A DNA stretch of 64,000 bases. Origin: Eledone cirrhosa. Its lineage: Eukaryota. Where the stretch lies: the NCBI GenBank assembly GCA_964016885.1, contig CAXHJY010000456.1:89122-153121 (forward strand). Direction: 5' to 3'. The notes below the pieces were generated by a model. That model searched no databases. It saw only the letters and a program-made list of their open reading frames with translations, and was not told the DNA's origin. The position numbers were made by a program, and so were the translations under genes. Within the stretch, counting starts at the first letter, position 1, and the number at the start of each line of letters is the position of its first letter. Below, one piece after another: positions 1 through 12,000 of the stretch.

Positions 1-3000
1 GTTGTTGGTGGTGGTAGTGTTGTTGTTGGTGGTGGTAGTAGTGTTGTTGGTGGTGGTAGTAGTGTTGTTGTTGGTGGTGGTAGTAGTGTTGTTGTTGGTG
101 GTGGTAGTGTTGTTGTTGGTGGTGGTGGTAGTGGTGTTGGTGTTGTTGTTGGTGGTGGTAGTGTTGTTGTTGGTGGTGGTAGTAGTGTTGTTGGTGGTGG
201 TAGTAGTGTTGTTGTTGGTGGTGGTAGTAGTGTTGTTGTTGGTGGTGGTAGTGTTGTTGTTGGTGGTGGTAGTAGTGTTGTTGGTGGTGGTAGTAGTGTT
301 GTTGTTGGTGGTGGTGGTAGTGGTGTTGGTGTTGTTGTTGGTGGTGGTAGTGTTGTTGTTGGTGGTGGTAGTAGTGTTGTTGGTGGTGGTAGTAGTGTTG
401 TTGTTGGTGGTGGTAGTGGTGTTGGTGTTGTTGTTGCTGGTGGTAGTGTTGTTGTTGGTGGTGGTAGTGTTGTTGTTGGTGGTGGTAGTAGTGTTGTTGT
501 TGGTGGTGGTGGTAGAGTTGTTGGTGGTGGTGGTAGTGGTGTTGTTGTTGGTGGTGGTAGTGTTGTTGTTGGTGGTGGTAGTGTTGTTGGTGGTGGTGGT
601 AGTGTTGTTGTTGGTGGTGGTAGTAGTGTTGTTGTTGGTGGTGGTAGTGTTGTTGTTGGTGGTGGTAGTAGTGTTGTTGTTGGTGGTGGTAGTAGTGTTG
701 TTGTTGGTGGTGGTGGTGGTAGTGGTGTTGGTGTTGTTGTTGGTGGTGGTAGTGTTGTTGTTGGTGGTGGTAGTAGTGTTGTTGTTGGTGGTGGTGGTAG
801 TGGTGTTGGTGTTGTTGTTGGTGGTGGTAGTGTTGTTGTTGGTGGTGGTAGTAGTGTTGTTGGTGTTGGTGGTAGTGTTGTTAATGGTGGTGGTAGTGTT
901 GTTGGTGTTGGTGGTAGTGTTGTTGTTGGTGGTGGTGTTGTTGTTGGTGGTGGTAGTGTTGTTGTTGGTGGTGGTGGTAGTGTTGTTAATGGTGGTGGTA
1001 GTGTTGTTGGTGTTGGTGGTAGTGTTGTTGTTGGTGGTGGTGTTGTTGTTGTTGTTGGTGGTGGTAGTGTTGTTGTTGGTGGTGGTGGTAGTGTTGTTGT
1101 TGGTGGTGGTGGTAGTGTTGTTAATGGTGGTGGTAGTGTTGTTGGTGTTGGTGGTAGTGTTGTTGTTGGTGGTGGTAGTGTTGTTGTTGGTGATGGTGGT
1201 AGTGTTGTTGTTGTTGTTGGTGGTGGTAGTGTTGTTGTTGGTGGTGGTGGTAGTGTTGTTGTTGGTGGGGGTAGTGTTGTTGTTGGTGGTGGTGGTAGTG
1301 TTGTTAATGGTGGTGGTAGTGTTGTTGGTGTTGGTGGTAGTATTGTTGTTGGTGGTGGTAATGTTGTTGTTGGTGGTGGTGGTAGTGTTGTTGTTGGTGG
1401 TGGTGGTAGTGTTGTTGTTGTTGTTGGTGGTAGTGTTGTTATTGGTGGTGGTAGTGTTGTTGTTGGTGGTGGTAGTGTTGTTGTTGGTGGTGGTGGTAGT
1501 GTTGTTGTTGGTGGTGGTAGTGTTGTTGTTGTTGGTGGTGGTAGTGTTGTTGTTGGTGGTGGTAGTGTTGTTGGTGGTGGTGGAAGTGTTGTTGTTGTTG
1601 GTGGTGGTAGTGTTGTTGTTGGTGGTGGTAGTAGTGTTGTTGTTGGTGGTGGTGGTAGAGTTGTTGGTGGTGGTGGTAGTAGTGTTGTTGTTGGTGGTGG
1701 TGGTAGAGTTGTTGGTGGTGGTGGTAGTGGTGTTGGTGTTGTTGTTGGTGGTGGTAGTGTTGTTGTTGGTGGTGGTAGTAGTGTTGTTGTTGGTGGTGGT
1801 AGTGTTGTTGTTGGTGGTGGTAGTAGTGTTGTTGTTGGTGGTGATAGTGGTGTTGTTGTTGGTGGTGGTGGTAGAGTTGTTGGTGGTGGTGGTAGTGGTG
1901 TTGGTGGTGGTGGTAGTGGTGTTGGTGTCGTTGTTGGTGGTGGTAGTGTTGTTGTTGGTGGTGGTAGTTGTGTTGTTGTTGGTGGTGGTAGTGTTGTTGT
2001 TGGTGGTGGTAGTAGTGTTGTTGTTGGTGGTGGTAGTAGTGTTGTTGTTGGTGGTGGTGGTAGTGGTGTTGGTGTTGTTGTTGGTGGTGGTAGTGTTGTT
2101 GTTGGTGGTGGTAGTAGTGTTGTTGGTGGTGGTGGTAGTGTTGTTGTTGGTGGTGGTAGTAGTGTTGTTGTTGGTGGTGGTAGTGGTGTTGGTGTTGTTG
2201 TTGCTGGTGGTAGTGTTGTTGTTGGTGGTGGTGGTAGTGTTGTTGTTGGTGGTGGTAGTAGTGTTGTTGTTGGTGGTGGTAGTGTTGTTGTTGGTTGTGG
2301 TGGTAGAGTTGTTGGTGGTGGTGGTAGTGGTGTTGTTGTTGGTGGTGGTAGTGTTGTTGTTGGTGGTGGTAGTGTTGTTGGTGGTGGTGGAAGTGTTGTT
2401 GTTGTTGGTGGTGGTAGTGTTGTTGTTGGTGGTGGTAGTGGTGTTGGTGTTGTTGTTGCTGGTGGTAGTGTTGTTGTTGGTGTTGGTGGTAGTATTGTTG
2501 TTGGTGGTGGTGGTAGTGTTGTTTTTGTTGTTGGTGGTAGTAGTGTTGTTGTTGGTGGTGGTGGTAGTGGTGTTGGTGTTGTTGTTGTTGGTGGTGGTGG
2601 TAGTGTTGTTGTTGGTGGTGGTGGTAGTGTTGTTGTTGGTGGTGGTAGTGTTGTTGTTGGTGGTGGTGGTAGTGTTGTTGTTGGTGGTGGTGGTAGTGTT
2701 GTTGTTGTTGGTGGTGGTGTTGTTGTTGGTGGTGGTAGTGGTGTTGCTGTTGGTGGTGGTGGTAGTGTTGTTGTTGGTGGTGGTGGTAGTATTGTTGTTG
2801 GTGGTGGTGGTAGTGTTGTTGTTGGTGGTGGTAGTGTCGTTGTTGGTGGTGGTAGTGGTGTTGTTGTTGGTGGTGGTAGTGGTGTTGCTGTTGGTTGTGG
2901 TGGTAGTGTTGTTGTTGGTGGTGGTAGTGTTGTTGTTGGTGGTGGTGGTAGTGTTGTTGTTGGTGGTGGTAGTGGTGTTGTTGTTGGTGGTGGTAGTGGT

Positions 3001-6000
3001 GTTGCTGTTGGTGGTGGTGGTAGTGTTGTTGGTAGTGGTGGTAGTGTTGTTGTTGGGGTGGTGGTAGTGTTGTTGTTGGTGGTGGTGGTAGTGTTGTTGT
3101 TGGTGGTGGTGGTAGTGTTGTTGTTGGTGGTGGTAGTGTTGTTGTTGGTGGTGGTAGAGGTGTTGTTGGTGGTGGTAGTGTTGTTGCTGGTGGTGGTAGT
3201 GTTGTTGTTGGTGGTGGTGGTAGTGTTGTTGTTGGTGGTGGTAGTGGTGTTGTTGTTGGTGGTGGTAGTGGTGTTGTTGGTGGTGGTGGTAGTGTTGTTG
3301 TTGGTGGTGGTGGTAGTGTTGCTGTTGGTGGTGGTAGTGTTGTTGTCGTTGTTGGTGGTAGTGTTGTTGTTGGTGGTAGTGGTAGTGTTGTTGGTGGTGG
3401 TGGTAGTGTTGTTGTTGGTGGTGGTAGTGGTTTTGTTGTTGGTGGTGGTAGTGGTGTTGTTGTTGGTGGTGGTGGTAGTGTTGTTGTTGGTGGTGGTGGT
3501 AGTGTCATTGTTGGTGGTGGTAGTGTCGTTGTTGGTGGTGGTAGTGTTGTTGTTGGTGGTGGTAGTGGTGTTGTTGGTGGTGGTAGTGTTGTTGTTGGTG
3601 GTGGTAGTGGTAGTGTTGTTGTTGGTGGTGGTAGTGGTGTTGTTGTTGGTGGTGGTAGTGGTGTTGTTGTTGGTGGTGGTGGTAGTGTTGTTGTTGGTGG
3701 TGGTAGTGTCGTTGTTGGTGGTGGTAGTAGTGTTGTTGTTGGTGGTGGTAGTGTTGTTGTTGGTGGTGGTAGTGTTGTTGTTGTTGGTGGTGGTAGTGTT
3801 GTTGTTGGTGTTGGTGGTAGTATTGTTGTTGGTGGTGGTGGTAGTGTTGTTGTTGGTGGTGGTAGTGTTGTTGTTGGTGGTGGTGGTAGTGTTGTTGTTG
3901 GTGGTGGTGGTGTTGTTGTTGGTGGTGGTGGTAGTGTTGTTGTTAGTGGTGGTGGTATTGTTGTTGTGGGTGGTGGTAGTGTTGTTGTTGTTGGTGGTAG
4001 TGTTGTTGTTGGTGGTGGTGGTAGTGTTGTTCTTGGTGGTTGTAGTGTTGTTGTTGGTGGTGGTAGTGTTGTGTTGTTGTTGGTGGTGGTGGTAGTGTTG
4101 TTGTTGTTGGTGGTGGTAGTGTTGTTGTTGTTGGTGGTGGTAGTGTTGTTGTTGTTGGTGGTGGTAGTGTTGTTGTTGGTGGTGGTAGTAGTGTTGTTGT
4201 TGGTGGTGGTAGTGGTGTTGGTGATGTTGTTGTTGGTGGTGGTAGTGGTGTTGGTGTTGTTGTTGTTGGTGGTGGGAGTGGTGTTGTTGGTGGTGGTGGT
4301 AGTGTTGTTGTTGGTGGTGGTAGTAGTGTTTTTGTTGATGATGGTGGTAGTGTTGTTGTTGGTGGTGGTGGTAGTGTTGTTGTTGGTGGTGGTGGTAGTG
4401 TTGTTGTTGGTGGTGGTATTGTTGTTGTTGGTGGTGGTAGTGTTGTTGTTGGTGGTGGTGGTAGTGGTGTTGTTGGTGGTGGTGGTAGTGTTGTTGTTGG
4501 TGGTGGTAGTGTTGTTGTTGGTGGTGGTAGTGTTGTTGTTGGTGGTGGTGGTAGTGTTGTTGTTGGTGGTGGTAGTGTTGTTGGTGGTGGTGGTAGTGTT
4601 GTTGTTGTTGGTGGTGGTAGTGTTGTTGTTGGCGGTGGTCGTAGTGTTGTTGTTGGTGGTGGTAGTGTTGTTGTTGGTGGTGGTAGTGTTGTTGTTTGTG
4701 GTGGTGGTAGTGTTGTTGTTGGTGGTGGTAGTGTTGTTGTTGTTGGTGGTAGTGTTGTTGTTGGTGGTGGTGGTAGTGTTGTTGTTGTTGGTGGTGGTGG
4801 TAGTGTTGTTGTTGGTGGTGGTAGTGTTGTTGTTGTTTTTGGTGGTAGTAGTGTTGTTGTTGGTGGTGGTGGTAGTGTTGTTGTTGGTGGTGGTAGTGTT
4901 GTTGTTGGTGGTGGTGGTGTTGTTGTTGGTGGTGGTGGTAGTGTTGTTGGTGGTGGTGGTAGTGTTGTTGCTGGTGGTAGTGGTAGTGTTGTTGTTGGCG
5001 GTGGTAGCATTGTTGTTGGTGGTGGTGGTGTTGTTGTTGGTGGTGGTGGTAGTGTTGTTGTTGGTGGTGGTGGTAGTGTTGTTGGTGGTGGTGGTAGTGT
5101 TGTTGCTGGTGGTGTTAGTGGCGTTGTTGGTGGTGGTAGTGTTGTTGTTGGTGGTGGTGGTAGTGTCATTGTTGGTGGTGGTAGTGTCGTTGGTGGTGGT
5201 GGTAGTGTTGTTGTTGGTGGTGGTAGTGTTGTTGTTGGTGGTGTTGGTAGTGTTGTTTGTGGTGGTAGTGTTGTTGGTGGTGGTGGTAGTGTCGTTGGTG
5301 GTGGTAGTAGTGTTGTTGTTGGTGGTGGTAGCATTGTTGTTGGTGGTAGGGGTGTTGTTGTTGGTGGTGGTGGTAGTGTTGTTGTTGGTGGTGGTAGTGT
5401 TGTTGTTGGTGGTGGTGGTAGTGTTGTTGGTGGTGGTGTTAGTGGCGTTGTTGGTGGTGGTAGTGTTGTTGTTGGTGGTGGTGGTAGTGTCATTGTTGGT
5501 GGTGGTAGTGTCGTTGGTGGTGGTGGTAGTGTTGTTGTTGGTGGTGGTAGTGTTGTTGTTGGTGGTGTTGGTAGTGTTGTTTGTGGTGGTAGTGTTGTTG
5601 GTGGTGGTGGTAGTGTCGTTGGTGGTGGTAGTAGTGTTGTTGTTGGTGGTGATAGTGTTGTTGTTGTTGTTGGTGGTGGTAGTGTTGTTGTTGGTGGTGG
5701 TGTTAGTGGTGTTGTTGGTGGTGGTAGTGTTGTTGTTGGTGGTGGTGGTAGTGTTGTTGGTGGTGGTGGTAGTGTTGTTGTTGGTGGTGGTGGTAGTGTT
5801 GTTGTTGGTTGTGGTAGTGTTGTTGTTGGTGGTGGTTGTGTTGTTGGTGGTAGTGTTGTTGTTGGTGTTGGTGGTAGTGTTGTTGTTGGTGGTGGTAGTG
5901 TTGTTGTTGGTGGTGGTGTTAGTGGTGTTGTTGGTGGGGGTAGTGTCGTTGTTGGTGGTGGTGGTAGTGTTGTTGTTGTTGGTGGTGGTAGTGTTGTTGT

Positions 6001-9000
6001 TGGTGGTGGTAGTGTTGTTGTTGTTGGTGGGGGTAGTGTTGTTGTTGTTGGTGGTGGTAGTGTTGTTGTTGGTGGTGGTAGTGTTGTTGTTGGTATTGGT
6101 GGTAGTAGTGTTGTTGTTGGTGGTGGTAGTGTTGTTGTTGTTGGTGGGGGTAGTGTTGTTGTTGTTGGCGGGGGTAGTGTTGTTGTTGTTGGTGGGGGTA
6201 GTGTTGTTGTTGTTGGTGGGGGTAGTGTTGTTGTTGTTGGTGGTGGTAGTGTTGTTGTTGGTGGTGGTAGTGTTGTTGTTGGTGGTGGTGGAAGTGTTGT
6301 TTTTGTTGGTGGTGGTAGTGTTGTTGTTGTTGGTGGGGGTAGTGTTGTTGTTGTTGGTGGTGGTAGTGTTGTTGGTGGTGGTAGTGTTGTTGTTGATGGT
6401 GGTAGTAGTGTTGTTGTTGGTGGTGGTGGTAGTGTTGTTGTTGGTGGTGGTAGTGTTGTTGTTGGTGGTGGTGGAAGTGTTGTTGTTGTTGGTGGTGGTA
6501 GTGTTGTTGTTGTTGGTGGGGGTAGTGTTGTTGTTGTTGGTGGTGGTAGTGTTGTTGGTGGTGGTAGTGTTGTTGTTGATGGTGGTAGTAGTGTTGTTGT
6601 TGGTGGTGGTGGTAGTGTTGTTGTTGTTGGTGGTGGTAGTGTTGTTGTTGTTGGTGGTGGTGGTAGTGTTGTTGTTGGTGGTGGTAGTGTTGTTGTTGGT
6701 GGTGGTAGTGTTGTTGTTGGTGGTGGTGGTAGTGTTGTTGTTGGTGGTGGTAGTGTTGTTGTTGGTGGTGGTAGTGTTGTTGTTGGTGGTGGTGGTAGTG
6801 TTGTTGTTGTTGGTGGTCGTAGTGTTGTTGTTGTTGGTGGGGGTAGTGTGGTTGTTGTTGGTGGGGGTAGTGTTGTTGTTGGTGGTGGTGGTAGTGTTGT
6901 TGTTGGTGGTGGTGGTAGTGTTGTTGTTGGTGGTGGTAGTGTTGTTGTTGGTGGTGGTGGTAGTGTTGTTGTTGTTGGTGGTGGTAGTGTTGTTGTTGTT
7001 GGTGGTGGTGGTAGTGTTGTTGTTGGTGGTGGTAGTGTTGTTGTTGGTGGTGGTAGTGTTATTGTTGGTGGTGGTAGTGTTGTTGTTGGTGGTGGTAGTG
7101 TTATTGTTGGTGGTGGTGGTAGTGTTGTTGTTGGTGGTGGTGGTAGTGTTGTTGTTGGTGGTGGTGTTGTTGTTGTTGGTGGTGGTGGTGGTGGTAGTGT
7201 TGTTGTTGGTGGTGGCAGTTTTGTTGGTGGCGGTGGTAGTGTTGTTGTTGTTGGTGGGGGTAGTGTTGTTGTTGGTGGTGGTAGTGTTGTTGTTGGTGGT
7301 GGTAGTGTTATTGATGGTGGTGGTGGTAGTGTTGTCGTTGGTGGTGGTGGTAGTGTTGTTGTTGGTGGTGGTGGTAGTGTTGTTCTTGTTGTTGGTGGTG
7401 GTGGTGGTAGTGTTGTTGTTGTTGGTGGTGGTAGTGTTGTTGTTGGTGGTGGTAGTGTTGTTGTTGGTGGTGGTGGAAGTGTTGTTGTTGTTGGTGGTGG
7501 TAGTGTTGTTGTTGTTGGTGGGGGTAGTGTTGTTGTTGGTGGTGGTGGTAGTGTTGTTGTTGGTGGTGGTGGTAGTGTTGTTGTTGGTGGTGGTGGTAGT
7601 GTTGTTGTTGGTGGTGGTGGTAGTGTTGTTGTTGGTGGTCGTAGTGGTGTTGTTGGTGGTGGTAGTGTTGTTGTTGTTGGTGGTGGTAGTGTTGTTGGTG
7701 GTGGTAGTGTTGTTGTTGTTGGTGGTGGTAGTGTTGTTGTTGATGGTGGTAGTGTTGTTGTTGTTGGTGGTGGTAGTGTTGTTGTTGGTGGTGGTGGTGG
7801 TGTTGTTGGTGGTGGTAGTGTTGTTGTTGTTGGTGGTGGTAGTGTTGTTTGTGGTGGTAGTGTTGTTGTTGTTGCTGGTGGTAGTGTTGTTGGTCGTGGT
7901 AGTGTTGTTGTTGTTGGTGGTAGTAGTGTTGTTGTTGGTGGTGGTGGTAGTGTTGTTGTTGTTGGTGGTGGTAGTGTTGTTGTTGTTGGTGGTGGTGGTA
8001 GTGTTGTTGTTGGTGGTGGTAGTGTTGTTGTTGGTGGTGGTGGTAGTGTTGTTGTTGGTGGTGGTGGTAGTGTTGTTGTTGGTGGTGGTAGTGTTGTTGT
8101 TGGTGGTGGTAGTGTTGTTGTTGGTGGTGGTGGTAGTGTTGTTGTTGTTGGTGGTGGTAGTGTTGTTGTTGTTGGTGGGGGTAGTGTGGTTGTTGTTGGT
8201 GGGGGTAGTGTTGTTGTTGGTGGTGGTGGTAGTGTTGTTGTTGGTGGTGGTGGTAGTGTTGTTGTTGGTGGTGGTAGTGTTGTTGTTGGTGGTGGTAGTG
8301 GTGTTGGTGTTGTTGGTGGTGGTAGTGTTGTTGTTGGTGGTGGTAGTGTTGTTGTTGGTGGTGGTAGTGTTATTGTTGGTGGTGGTAGTGTTGTTGTTGG
8401 TGGTGGTAGTGTTATTGTTGGTGGTCGTGGTAGTGTTGTTGTTGGTGGTGGTGGTAGTGTTGTTGTTGGTGGTGGTGGTGTTGTTGTTGGTGGTGGTGGT
8501 GGTGGTAGTGTTGTTGTTGGTGGTGGTAGTTTTGTTGGTGGCGGTGGTAGTGTTGTTGTTGTTGTTGGTGGTAGTGTTGTTGTTGGTGGTGGTGGTGGTG
8601 GTAGTGTTGTTGTTGGTGGTGGTAGTTTTGTTGGTGGCGGTGGTAGTGTTGTTGTTGTTGGTGGGGGTAGTGTTGTTGTTGGTGGTGGTAGTGTTGTTGT
8701 TGGTGGTGGTAGTGTTATTGTTGGTGGTGGTGGTAGTGTTGTTGTTGGTGGTGGTGGTAGTGTTGTTGTTGGTGGTGGTGATAGTGTTGTTGTTGTTGGT
8801 GGTGGTGGTGGTGGTAGTGTTGTTGTTGGTGGTGGTAGTTTTGTTGGTGGCGGTGGTAATGTTGTTGTTGTTGTTGGTGGTAGTGTTGTTGTTGGTGGTG
8901 GTGGTAGTGTTGTTGGTGGTGGTAGTGTTGTTTTTGGTGGTGGTGGTAGTGTTGTTGTTGGTGGTGGTGGTAGTGTTGTTGTTGGTGGTGGTAGTGTTGT

Positions 9001-12000
9001 TGTTGGTGGTGGTAGTGTTGTTGTTGGTGGTGGTGGTAGTGTTGTTGTTGGTGGTGGTAGTGTTGTTGTTGGTGGTGGTAGTGTTGTTGTTGGTGGTGGT
9101 AGTGTTGATATTGTTGGTGGTGGTAGTGTTGTTGTTGGTGGTGGTGGTGTTGTTGTTGGTGGTGGTGTTAGTGGTGTTGTTGGTGGTGGTGGTGGTAGTG
9201 TTGTTTTTGGTGGTGGTGGTAGTGTTGTTGTTGTTGGTGGTGGTAGTGTTGTTGTTGGTGGTGGTAGTGTTGTTGGTGGTGGTAGTGTTGTTGTTGTTGG
9301 TGGTGGTAGTGTTGTTGTTGATGGTGGTAGTAGTTTTGTTGTTGTTGGTGGTGGTAGTGTTGTTGTTGGTGGTGGTAGTGTTGTTGGTGGTGGTGGTAGT
9401 GTTGTTGTTGTTGGTGGTGGTGGTAGTTTTGTTGTTGGTGGTGGTGTTGTTGTTGGTGCAGGTGGTAGTGTTGTTGGTGGTGGTAGTTTTGTTGTTGGTG
9501 GTGGTGTTGTTGTTGGTGCTGGTGGTAGTGTTGTTGGTGGTGGTGGTAGTGTTGTTGTTGTTGGTGGTGGTGGTAGTGTTGTTGGTGGTGGTGGTGTTGT
9601 TGTTGGTGGTGGTGGTAGTGTTGTTGGTGGTGGTGGTGGTAGTGGCTTTGTTGGTGGTGGTAGTGTTGTTGTTGGTGGCGGTGGTAGTGTTGTTGTTGGT
9701 GGTGGTGGTGGTAGTGTTGGTTTTGGTGGTGGTGGTAGTGTTGTTGTTGTTGGTGGTGGTAGTGTTGTTGTTGGTGGTGGTAGTGTTGTTGGTGGTGGTG
9801 GTAGTGTTGTTGTTGTTGGTGGTGGTAGTGTTGTTGTTGGTGGTGGTAGTAGTGTTGTTGTTGGTGGTGGTGGTAGTGTTGTTGTTGGTGGTGGTGGTAG
9901 TGTTGTTGGTGGTGGTGGTGGTAGTGTTGTTGTTGGTGGTGGTAGTGTTGATGTTGTTGGTGGTGTTGGTGTTGTTGTTGGTGGTGGTAGTGTTGTTGTT
10001 GGTGGTGGTGGTAGTGTTGTTGTTGGTGGTGGTAGTAGTGTTGTTGTTCTTGGTGGTGGTAGTGTTGTTGTTGGTGGTGGTAGTGTTGTTGTTGGTGGTG
10101 GTGGTAGTGGTGTTGTTGGTGGTGGTGGTAGTGTTGTTGTTGGTAGTGGTAGTGTTGTTGTTGGTGGTGGTAGTGTTGTTGTTGGTGGTGGTAGTGTTGT
10201 TGGTGGTGGTGGTGTTGTTGTTGGTGGTGGTGGTAGTGTTGTTGTTGGTGGTGGTGGTAGTGGCGTTGTTGGTGGTGGTAGTGTTGTTGTTGGTGGCGGT
10301 GGTAGTGTTGTTGTTGGTGGTGGTGGTGGTAGTGTTGGTTTTGGTGGTGGTGGTAGTGTTGTTGTTGTTGGTGGTGGTAGTGTTGTTGTTGGTGGTGGTA
10401 GTGTTGTTGGTGGTGGTGGTAGTGTTGTTGTTGTTGGTGGTGGTAGTGTTGTTGTTGGTGGTGGTAGTAGTGTTGTTGTTGGTGGTGGTGGTAGTGTTGT
10501 TGTTGGTGGTGGTGGTAGTGTTGTTGGTGGTGGTGGTAGTGTTGTTGTTGGTGGTGGTAGTGTTGATGTTGTTGGTGGTGTTGGTGTTGTTGTTGGTGGT
10601 GGTAGTGTTGTTGTTGGTGGTGGTGGTAGTGTTGTTGTTGGTGGTGGTAGTAGTGTTGTTGTTGTTGGTGGTGGTAGTGTTGTTGTTGGTGGTGGTAGTG
10701 TTGTTGTTGGTGGTGGTGGTAGTGGTGTTGTTGGTGGTGGTGGTAGTGTTGTTGTTGTTGGTGGTAGTGTTGTTGTTGGTGGTGGTAGTGTTGTTGTTGG
10801 TGGTGGTGGTAGTGTTGTTGTTGGTGGTGGTAGTGTTGTTGGTGGTGGTGGTAGTGTTGTTGTTGTTGGTGGTGGTAGTGTTGTTGTTGGCGGTGGTCGT
10901 AGTGTTGTTGTTGGTGGTGGTAGTGTTGTTGTAGGTGGTGGTAGTGTTGTTGTTGGTGGTGGTGGTAGTGTTGTTGTTGGTGGTGGTAGTGTTGTTGTTG
11001 TTGGTGGTAGTGTTGTTGTTGGTGGTGGTGGTAGTGTTGTTGGTGGTGGTGGTGGTGGTAGTGTTGTTGTTGGTGGTGGTAGTGTTGTTGTTGTTTTTGG
11101 TGGTGGTAGTGTTGTTGTTGGTGGTGGTAGTGTTGTTGTTGTTTTTGGTGGTGGTAGTGTTGTTGTTGGTGGTGGTAGCATTGTTGTTGGTGGTAGGGGT
11201 GTTGTTGTTGGTGGTGGTGGTAGTGTTGTTGTTGGTGGTGGTAGTGTTGTTGTTGGTGGTGGTGGTAGTGTTGTTGGTGGTGGTGGTAGTGTCGTTGGTG
11301 GTGGTGGTAGTGTTGTTGTTGGTGGTGGTAGTGTTGTTGTTGGTGGTGGTGGTAGTGTTGTTGGTGGTGGTAGTGTTGTTGGTGGTGGTGGTGGTGGTGG
11401 CAGTGTTGTTGTTGGTGGTGGTGGTGTTGTTGGTGGTGGTGGTGGTGGGGGTAGTGTCGTTGGTGGTGGTAGTAGTGTTGTTGTTGGTGGTGATAGTGTT
11501 GTTGTTGTTGTTGGTGGTGGTAGTGTTGTTGTTGGTGGTGGTGTTAGTGGTGTTGTTGGTGGTGGTAGTGTTGTTGTTGGTGGTGGTGGTAGTGTTGTTG
11601 GTGGTGGTGGTAGTGTTGTTGTTGGTTGTGGTAGTGTTGTTGTTGGTGGTGGTTGTGTTGTTGGTGGTAGTGCTGTTGTTGGTGGTGGTAGTGTTGTTGT
11701 TGGTGGTGGTCTTAGTGGTGTTGTTGGTGGTGGTAGTGTTGTTGTTGGTGGTGGTGGTAGTGTTGTTGTTGTTGGTGGTGGTAGTGTTGTTGTTGTTGGT
11801 GGTGGTGGTAGTGTTGTTGTTGTTGGTGGGGGTAGTGTCGTTGTTGGTGGTGGTGGTAGTGTTGTTGTTGTTGGTGGGGGTAGTGTTGTTGTTGTTGGTG
11901 GTGGTAGTGTTGTTGTTGGTGGTGGTAGTGTTGTTGTTGGTGTTGGTGGTAGTGTTGTTGTTGTTGGTGGTGGTAGTGTTGTTGTTGTTGGTGGGGGTAG

